Shown: one piece after another, positions 57,614-64,000 of the stretch
Layout of the letters: each line of letters begins with the position of its first letter
Numbering within the stretch: position 1 is the stretch's first letter
Origin: an uncultured Nitrospiraceae bacterium
GTDB taxonomy: Bacteria; Nitrospirota; Thermodesulfovibrionia; Thermodesulfovibrionales; Dissulfurispiraceae
Length of the DNA stretch: 64,000 bases
Direction: 5' to 3'
Assembly: GCA_947085205.1 (NCBI GenBank)
Contig: CAMTVO010000014.1
Coordinates: 32,001-96,000 of the forward strand
Translations under genes and position numbers: made by a program
Notes under the pieces: generated by a model
Seen by the model: the letters and a program-made list of their open reading frames with translations, nothing else
Told to the model about the DNA's origin: nothing
Database searches by the model: none

Positions 57614-58930
57614 CTACCTTTTTATGTCATCGTCCGAAATGTTATATTCCTTTATCTTGTTCCGTATCGTCCTGACGCTTATGCCGAGCAACTGAGCCGT
57701 TTTTGTCCTGTTGCCGCCGGTTTCACGGAGCGTATTGATAATCAGGTCCATCTCCATATTCTTCATCCTGCTCTGGCTGCCTATACCGCTTAACTCTAAA
57801 CTCTGAACCCCTAACTCTAAACTCTTATCTCTGAACTCCTCAGCCGGAGGCAGTAGAACCTCAGAGCGCAATATTACGGCTGTTCTGTAAAGGAAATTTT
57901 CGAGTTCCCTTACATTGCCATCCCAGCTCTTCTTCTTGATATACGACTGAAGCTCCTCAGAAATCTGAAACACCTTTCCCATCTTTTGGGATAATTTCTT
58001 TATAAAAAATTCCGCCAGCGGTATTATGTCTTCACTCCTCTCCCTCAAAGGAGGCAGCCTTATCGGAAATACATTCAGGCGATAATAGAGGTCTTCCCTG
58101 AATTTCCCATTTTTGACCTGTGATAAAAGGTCTTTGTTTGTGGTGGCGATAATTCTTACATCCACAGGAACAGGAGAGCGCCCTCCTATCCTGTCAATCT
58201 CCCTCTCCTGTATAGCCCTGAGGAGTTTTGCCTGAAGATGAAATGCCATCTCGCTTATCTCATCGAGCAGGAGCGTGCCTTTGTCCGCAAGCTCGAATTT
58301 CCCGAGCCGCCTGTCCGCTGCGCCCGTAAAGGCTCCCTTTTCATGGCCGAACAACTCTGCCTCAAGCAGGCTTTCCGATATGGCAGCGCAATTTATAGCG
58401 ACAAAGGGTTTGTCTGCCCTCAGGCTGTTTTTATGGATAATCCTTGCAACAACCTCCTTGCCTGTACCGCTTTCTCCTGATAACAGTACAGTTATATCGC
58501 TCTTTGCCACTTCCCTTATTATGGACATCAGGTGTTTCATTGCAGTAGATTCTGCGACTATATCCGCCTCCTCCGACGGTAGCATCCTGTCGATAACCCA
58601 TTTAAGCGATTCGAATGAAAACGGCTTCATTATATAATCGGTCGCTCCAAGTTTCATGGCATCTACGGCATTTTCTACCGTCCCGTAGCCTGTTATCACA
58701 ATTACAGGAACGAATATCCCTTTTTTCCTTATCTCCTGAAGAAACTCTATGCCGTTCATCTTAGGCATCTTCATGTCTGTTATTATGAGAGAGAAGTCCG
58801 AGAGGTTAAGCTCCGACAGCACATCCACCGGATTGTGGTACACGGCAGGCTTAAAGCCAAACCTCTTCAACGACTCCTTTATCGCCAGAGCCATGTCCAC
58901 TTCATCGTCAACTATTAAAACCTGTTTCAC
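57614..58930 (-). CDS. Sigma54-dependent response regulator (FleR/FlrC-like)
   Basis: Receiver domain, [14 protein letters not shown], Fis-type HTH; upstream of flgB. Confidence 0.9.
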   Translation of the reverse strand: MKQVLIVDDEVDMALAIKESLKRFGFKPAVYHNPVDVLSELNLSDFSLIITDMKMPKMNGIEFLQEIRKKGIFVPVIVITGYGTVENAVDAMKLGATDYIMKPFSFESLKWVIDRMLPSEEADIVAESTAMKHLMSIIREVAKSDITVLLSGESGTGKEVVARIIHKNSLRADKPFVAINCAAISESLLEAELFGHEKGAFTGAADRRLGKFELADKGTLLLDEISEMAFHLQAKLLRAIQEREIDRIGGRSPVPVDVRIIATTNKDLLSQVKNGKFREDLYYRLNVFPIRLPPLRERSEDIIPLAEFFIKKLSQKMGKVFQISEELQSYIKKKSWDGNVRELENFLYRTAVILRSEVLLPPAEEFRDKSLELGVQSLELSGIGSQSRMKNMEMDLIINTLRETGGNRTKTAQLLGISVRTIRNKIKEYNISDDDIKR

Positions 58931-58960
58931 CTTAAAATACCTCTTTCCCCCTCCCCCTCG

Positions 58961-60097
58961 CTATAACGCTTTACGCTCTACGCTCAACGGCAGTTTAATA
59001 ACAAACTCCGTCCCTTTCCCGACCTCGCTTACAACATCTATTGTTCCTCTATGAGCCTTTATTATACCTGCGGTTATCGACATTCCGAGACCTGTGCCCC
59101 TGTCCTTTGTAGAAAAGAAGGGCTCGAACATCCTCCGCCTCGTATCTTCATCCATACCGCTGCCTATATCACGTATATAAATCCCAACTTCCCCTGACTT
59201 CTGACTTCTGACTTCTGACTTCTGCACCAAGATTTCTATCTTCCCTCCATCCGGCATTGCGTGAACAGAGTTGAGCAGCATGTTTATAAGCGCCTGTCTC
59301 ATAAGTCCCTTATCTACATACAACCAGCGCTTTTCATCCTCGCTGAGAGAAAGCTGTATATCGCTGTTTGCAAACAGTTCCTTAAACTCATTGCAGGTTT
59401 CCCTGATTAAATCATTTAAGCAATAATACTCAAGTTTCGGTTTTATTTCTTTGGTAAACCTGAGCATATTATCGAGCGTATTGACAAGCGCCCTCACAGA
59501 GTTTGATATTCTGTTTGCGTAGTCGCCGTACTCTGTAGCTTTCAGGTCATTAGAAAGAAGACTCGCAAAAAGCTCTATGCTGCCGAGCGGATTTCTTATC
59601 TCGTGGGCAATCTTCATAACAAGCTCTCCCATTGCGGTCAGTCTCCTGTTCCGCTCATTCTCCGACTCAAGCTGTTTAAGCCTCGTAATATCTTTGAATA
59701 TCAGCACATGGCCAATGATATTTCCAGATTTGTCCTTCACATCCGACCGGGATACGAGGGCATAAAATGGCTTGCCGTTATGCGGCGCTATTACATCTTC
59801 ATGGATTTCTGCTTGTATAGAAGCGCCGCCTATTACATCATCGGCATTAATGCCTAAAAGACTGCTTGCCGCATCATTTATAATCCTTATTACTCCATCC
59901 CTGTCAAAAAATACCACACCGACGTCAATGCTATCGAGAATACTGTTGAGCAACTGTTTTTTGTGTTCAACCTCTTCGGTCAGCAAGCGGACATTATCTT
60001 CAAGCGCGCTGTAATACTGTACAAGCGTGGCAGACGCTGAATTAAAGGTCTCTATCGCCTTATTTAAGAGATCTACATTCTGGTCGCTTTTTGTCAT
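58961..60097 (-). CDS. Cytoplasmic PAS histidine kinase (FleS/FlrB-like)
   Basis: PAS domain, AHEIRNPL, FEPFFSTK, GTGLG; start set at the ATG at 60097. Confidence 0.9.
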   Translation of the reverse strand: MTKSDQNVDLLNKAIETFNSASATLVQYYSALEDNVRLLTEEVEHKKQLLNSILDSIDVGVVFFDRDGVIRIINDAASSLLGINADDVIGGASIQAEIHEDVIAPHNGKPFYALVSRSDVKDKSGNIIGHVLIFKDITRLKQLESENERNRRLTAMGELVMKIAHEIRNPLGSIELFASLLSNDLKATEYGDYANRISNSVRALVNTLDNMLRFTKEIKPKLEYYCLNDLIRETCNEFKELFANSDIQLSLSEDEKRWLYVDKGLMRQALINMLLNSVHAMPDGGKIEILVQKSEVRSQKSGEVGIYIRDIGSGMDEDTRRRMFEPFFSTKDRGTGLGMSITAGIIKAHRGTIDVVSEVGKGTEFVIKLPLSVERKAL

Positions 60098-60104
60098 AAA
60101 TAAA

Positions 60105-61736
60105 TTACTTTCCCCCCGAAATAATTGCCGCAGCCTCTGCAATCTCTTCGCCTCCGCTTTCAGCCTTTTTCAGATAATCTCTGTTTTTGGCAAGCTTTCC
60201 GTACTGGTACTGTGCCCATTGAAGACTCTTAGGATCTTTTACATCATAGTCCAGCGCTCTTTTGTAATAAGTCTTTGCCTTTGCATAATCCCTCGATATA
60301 TACAGGCAATCTCCTGCCTTTACCGAAGACAGTCCGTCTCCCCTGTCGGATGCCGCAATATAATATCTCATCGCGCTCCGCTTGTCCCCTGTCTTCCAGT
60401 ATAAGTCGCCGAGTTTTGCGGCAATTCTGTAGTCCTTTGCAGCCTTTACAATCTTTGTAAGATATTCTCTTGCAGGCGCATATTTTCCCTGCCTTTCCAT
60501 GATGTCCGCAATCATATATGAAGCCCTGTATAAATAACGGCTGTCGAGGGTAAGAGGAGTAAGAATCTTCTCCGCCTCAGAATACTTGCCTTCCGTTATC
60601 AGCATCTCCGACATGTACAGAGATGCATCTCCCTTTAAAGAACCTTTTAATGCCTTTCTGAGCAGAAGCGCCCCCTCAATTTTTTTGCCGTTTGTTATTA
60701 AGTAACGGGAAGCGTCCAAAATAAAAGGAGCGTCTGCATCGAGATATGGGGCGAATTTTTTAACATACTCTACGGCGTTCGGATCCTTCAAACTTATAAT
60801 GCCCTTAAGCCTTTTTTCTATCTCCGCAGACCTCAGTTTCACGCTCTTTAAATAGGAAAGATATTTCATCGCATTATTAGCATCGCCCTTTTTGTCGTAC
60901 AAAGATACAATCCTCAGTTTGAATTCATCTCCCGGTTCGTAAGGAGACAATTGCAGACCAAGCCTCAAAGCATCGTCCAGCTTTCCTTCTGTTTCATAAA
61001 TATTCATTAAGACCTTCTGTGTCCTAAGCCTTTCGATGCTCGAAACCGGTTTGTCTATTATATTTTTACAAATTCTTTCTGCTTCCTTGAATTTCCGAGC
61101 ATTAAAAAAAATCTGAACCTTATCAACTCTGAAGTCGCTTTCCTTTAAAACCAAATCAGGAATTTTATTAATAGTATTTATTGCTTCTTTTGCAAATCCT
61201 TTCCAGCTATAAACCATTGCCAGTGCATAAAGAGCGCGGTGGTCTGTTTCCAGCATCCTCTTGGGCAGCCCTGCCAAAAGGGACTCTGCTCTCGCAATAT
61301 CGGCTCTTTTTAAAGCCGCTTCTGCCTTTCCGATATCCGCCTTTTCTTTCATGGCAGTTCCGACAGTCTCGAAGTGCTGTTCTGCCTCTTTTATTTTCTG
61401 CAAGTGCAAAGAGATATAGCCAAGCAAAAGATGCGCCTCATCCCTGTATTCCGGTATCTGGGACAAAGAAACAAAGCGATTGAGATTCTGGCGCGCCTCG
61501 TAGTAATTTTTCAGATAGTAATCGGACTTTCCCATCCCGAACAATGCCTTTTCCGACAGAGCGCTTTTAGGGGCCGAGAGAAAGACATCCCTGTAAGTTT
61601 CTTTTGCCTTTAGATAATTTTTTGCCTTTAGATGCCCTTCCGCTGTTTTTATCTTGTCTTCCGAGGCAAAGGCTGAAGTAAGCAGTAAGCAATAGGCAAT
61701 AGGCAGTAAGCAGTAAAAAAACAGTTTTTTATTCAT
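60105..61736 (-). CDS. Secreted TPR-repeat protein
   Basis: Signal peptide ending in AFA; TPR-like helices. Confidence 0.8.
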   Translation of the reverse strand: MNKKLFFYCLLPIAYCLLLTSAFASEDKIKTAEGHLKAKNYLKAKETYRDVFLSAPKSALSEKALFGMGKSDYYLKNYYEARQNLNRFVSLSQIPEYRDEAHLLLGYISLHLQKIKEAEQHFETVGTAMKEKADIGKAEAALKRADIARAESLLAGLPKRMLETDHRALYALAMVYSWKGFAKEAINTINKIPDLVLKESDFRVDKVQIFFNARKFKEAERICKNIIDKPVSSIERLRTQKVLMNIYETEGKLDDALRLGLQLSPYEPGDEFKLRIVSLYDKKGDANNAMKYLSYLKSVKLRSAEIEKRLKGIISLKDPNAVEYVKKFAPYLDADAPFILDASRYLITNGKKIEGALLLRKALKGSLKGDASLYMSEMLITEGKYSEAEKILTPLTLDSRYLYRASYMIADIMERQGKYAPAREYLTKIVKAAKDYRIAAKLGDLYWKTGDKRSAMRYYIAASDRGDGLSSVKAGDCLYISRDYAKAKTYYKRALDYDVKDPKSLQWAQYQYGKLAKNRDYLKKAESGGEEIAEAAAIISGGK

Positions 61737-61781
61737 CTTTTTATCAAAACCCCGGAATACATAAATATCCGTTTTCTATAA

Positions 61782-61797
61782 TGAAAGAAATGTGCCA
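61782..61797 (-). promoter_or_regulatory. Probable sigma54 promoter for TPR-fleS-fleR
   Basis: TGGCAC-ATTTC-TTTCA (imperfect -12 element). Confidence 0.6.
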
Positions 61798-61803
61798 ACC
61801 GAT

Positions 61804-61868
61804 TAGTTCATAGCTGATAGCTCATGGTTAATGGTTTTATCAAGCTATGAGCCATGAGCTATCAGCTA
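61804..61868. repeat. Inverted GCTSATA / TATGAGC array pair
   Basis: tagttcatagctgatagctcatgg ... gctatgagccatgagctatcagcta. Confidence 0.85.
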
Positions 61869-61922
61869 ATTAGTCAATTATCTGACTAAATAAGGCTAAA
61901 GAAAACAGCTTGAGTGTTAATT

Positions 61923-62909
61923 TTATGACAACCCTAATCTCTTCATCTTCTCGATGAGGGTAGTACGGTTAATATTTAAGTACTTAGCAGCCTGACTCTT
62001 CACCCCATTCTGAAGCTCAAGGGCATGGAGTATAAGCCTCTTTTCGTATTCCTCGAGAGCTGCATTCATGTCTATCCCGCTCACGAATGGATTTATATCG
62101 TCATTTTCTATATCGGGCAGGTTCGGAATCTTTCTTCCGGTCATCTTTTCGGGCAGGTCGTAAGGCGTCACAACATCATCATCCTTGAGAACAAGAAGCC
62201 TCTCTATCGTATTTTCCAGTTCCCTGACATTGCCGGGCCAGTGGTAGCTCACAAACATCTTAAGCGTTTCGTCGGTCATCTTTATTGAATTTCTTCCAAT
62301 CCTCTTAGAATGCTTTTCTATAAAGTGGTCGCATAAAAGAGGGATGTCCTCAGACCTCTCTCTCAAAGGCGGTATATCTACCGGTATTACATGAAGCCTG
62401 TAAAATAGGTCTTCCCTAAACCTGCCCGCTGCAACAGCATCTTCAAGGTTCTGATTGGTTGCCGCTATTATTCTTACATCGACATTTACAGTCTTTGTTC
62501 CTCCTATCCTTTCGAAAGACCTCTCCTGCAATACCCTGAGAAGTTTGACCTGAAGTATCGGCTGCGTTTCGCCTATCTCGTCAAGGAATATTGTGCCTCT
62601 GTCGGCAAGCTCAAACCTCCCGACCCTCGATGTTACGGCACCGGTAAACGCGCCCTTTTCATGCCCGAAAAGCTCTGATTCCAGAAGCTCCGTAGGGATT
62701 GCGCCGCAATTGACGGGAATAAACGGCTTAGCAGCCCTTGCGCTCCTGTAATGGATGTTTTTGGCTACAAGCTCCTTTCCTGTCCCGCTTTCTCCGAGAA
62801 TGAGGATAGTGCTGTCAGAATTTGAAACCTTTTCAATCAGTTCATATATGCGTTTAATGGCTTTAGAAGCGCCAATAATTTGAGGGAAGTTACCGTTACT
62901 ATCATCCAT
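61923..62909 (-). CDS. Sigma54 activator with AAA+ and HTH domains only (FleQ/FlrA-like master regulator)
   Basis: IIG...[35 protein letters not shown]; no N-terminal input domain. Confidence 0.88.
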   Translation of the reverse strand: MDDSNGNFPQIIGASKAIKRIYELIEKVSNSDSTILILGESGTGKELVAKNIHYRSARAAKPFIPVNCGAIPTELLESELFGHEKGAFTGAVTSRVGRFELADRGTIFLDEIGETQPILQVKLLRVLQERSFERIGGTKTVNVDVRIIAATNQNLEDAVAAGRFREDLFYRLHVIPVDIPPLRERSEDIPLLCDHFIEKHSKRIGRNSIKMTDETLKMFVSYHWPGNVRELENTIERLLVLKDDDVVTPYDLPEKMTGRKIPNLPDIENDDINPFVSGIDMNAALEEYEKRLILHALELQNGVKSQAAKYLNINRTTLIEKMKRLGLS

Positions 62910-62915
62910 GTCATA

Positions 62916-62944
62916 AATATGACACACGGAATACTAAAAGTCAA
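62916..62944 (-). promoter_or_regulatory. Sigma70 promoter for the activator gene (probably leaderless)
   Basis: TTGACT-17 nt-CATATT with an extended TG; 6 nt before the ATG at 62909. Confidence 0.65.
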
Positions 62945-62972
62945 TACAATTATCCATCACTCCAATACTCCA

Positions 62973-64000
62973 TTACTCCGTCTTTTCCAGATTGCCAATT
63001 CTTACCCCGATAAGGCGCACCTTTTTCTTCAATTCTATCCTCCCAAGGCACTGAAAGACAGCCCTCCTGATTACATCAACAGAGTCTGCCGGTTCATTAA
63101 GTGTTTTTGCCCTTGTCTGTATCCTGAAGTCGCTGAATTTCACCTTTACGGTAACTGTACGTCCCTTATAGCCTGAATGTTTCATATCATTGACAACCTC
63201 CCGAGTAAGCTCTGCAAGGCTTTTTGCTATGACCTGCCAGTTTTTTATGTCCTCTTGAAATGTCGTCTCCCTGCTTACAGACTTAGGCTCCCAATGAGTA
63301 ATGAGAGGGGTTTCATCTATGCCGCGTGATGCCTCATAAAGATAGTTTCCAAAGGACTTGCCGAAATGCTCGATAAGTATATCGAGCGGAATTGATGCGA
63401 GTCCTCCGATGATCTCAATCCCCATAGCTTTAAGATACGCCTCTGTCTTTGGGCCTACCCCCCATAGCTTTCTCACGGCTAACGGCCAGATGCGACTCTC
63501 TATGTCTTTTTCTGCGAGTATTGTCAGACCATCCGGCTTCTGCATGTCTGATGCTATTTTCGCAAGGAGCTTGTTCGGCGCAATGCCTATAGAGCATGTC
63601 AGCCCTGTCTTATCCTTTATTCTCTTTTTAATATCATTAACAATCTCCTCCGATGGTCTTTCGATTTGTGATATATCAAGAAATGCCTCATCAATTCCTA
63701 CGTCCTCCATTATGGGAGAGAACTCCCTTAGAATGTTTTTGATTATCCGGGAAACCCTTGAGTATTCCTCATAATCCACAGGAAGGAAAACCGCGTGAGG
63801 GCAGAGTTTATAAGCGGTCCTTAATGGCATTGCAGAATGTATTCCGAACCTCCTCGCCTCATAAGATGCAGTTGATACAACTCCTCTCTTCGTAGGGTCT
63901 CCGTTGCCTCCAATAACTACAGGCTTGCCTATGAGTTCAGGATGCCTCTTCTGCTCAACAGCAGCAAAAAAGGCATCCATGTCTATATGGAGAATGCGTC
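62973..64000 (-). CDS. dinB: DNA polymerase IV (5' end outside the window)
   Basis: RILHIDMDAFFAAVEQ, ASYEAR, IDEAFLD, KLLAKIASDMQKPDG. Confidence 0.96.
   Translation of the reverse strand, partial: RILHIDMDAFFAAVEQKRHPELIGKPVVIGGNGDPTKRGVVSTASYEARRFGIHSAMPLRTAYKLCPHAVFLPVDYEEYSRVSRIIKNILREFSPIMEDVGIDEAFLDISQIERPSEEIVNDIKKRIKDKTGLTCSIGIAPNKLLAKIASDMQKPDGLTILAEKDIESRIWPLAVRKLWGVGPKTEAYLKAMGIEIIGGLASIPLDILIEHFGKSFGNYLYEASRGIDETPLITHWEPKSVSRETTFQEDIKNWQVIAKSLAELTREVVNDMKHSGYKGRTVTVKVKFSDFRIQTRAKTLNEPADSVDVIRRAVFQCLGRIELKKKVRLIGVRIGNLEKTE

Noticed and set aside
879..62979. Heptamer arrays as CRISPR arrays
   Set aside because: Units are 7-8 nt and contiguous, with no unique spacers and no cas genes.
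1143..63774. The many plus-strand ORFs in the track (for example 23501-24145, 24744-25391, 19020-19652)
   Set aside because: They are antisense shadows of well-supported minus-strand genes and have no recognisable motifs.
62973..64000. dinB as the enzyme generating the repeats
   Set aside because: It is an ordinary Pol IV, and proximity alone is not evidence.

Overview
A 64 kb stretch of bacterial chromosome in which every credible gene lies on the minus strand. Gene content suggests Nitrospirota (Thermodesulfovibrionia-like) or a related deltaproteobacterium-like lineage; this is an inference. In transcription order (right to left) it holds: dinB; a sigma54 activator with no sensory domain; TPR-fleS-fleR; a near-complete flagellar cluster (flgBC, fliEFGHIJ, motE-like, fliK, flgD, two flgE, fliLMN, a fliO-fliP fusion, fliQR, flhBAFG, fliA); a chemotaxis operon (HEAT-repeat protein, cheR, two receivers, cheA lacking P2, a CheW-CheZ fusion, an orphan binding protein plus MCP, cheB, MCP-CZB, HD-GYP, HDOD); flgFGAHI, flgJ-like M23, flgMNKL, csrA, fliW; greA, pyrK, pyrD; mlaEFD-tolC-mlaC; iscR-tusA-iscS-iscU; and a truncated RomR-like regulator. 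No flagellin, rRNA, tRNA, CRISPR array or transposase was seen. The most unusual signal is about 35 short, degenerate 7-mer and 8-mer tandem arrays of many different unit sequences. They usually occur as inverted pairs, fill many intergenic gaps and also enter genes in frame. They encode the hydrophobic core of about eight signal peptides, form the linker that fuses FliO to FliP, and supply stop, start and RBS signals at gene junctions. Several other miniature palindromic elements are present. A sigma70 to sigma54 to sigma28 flagellar cascade with two candidate enhancer-box classes can also be read directly from the DNA.
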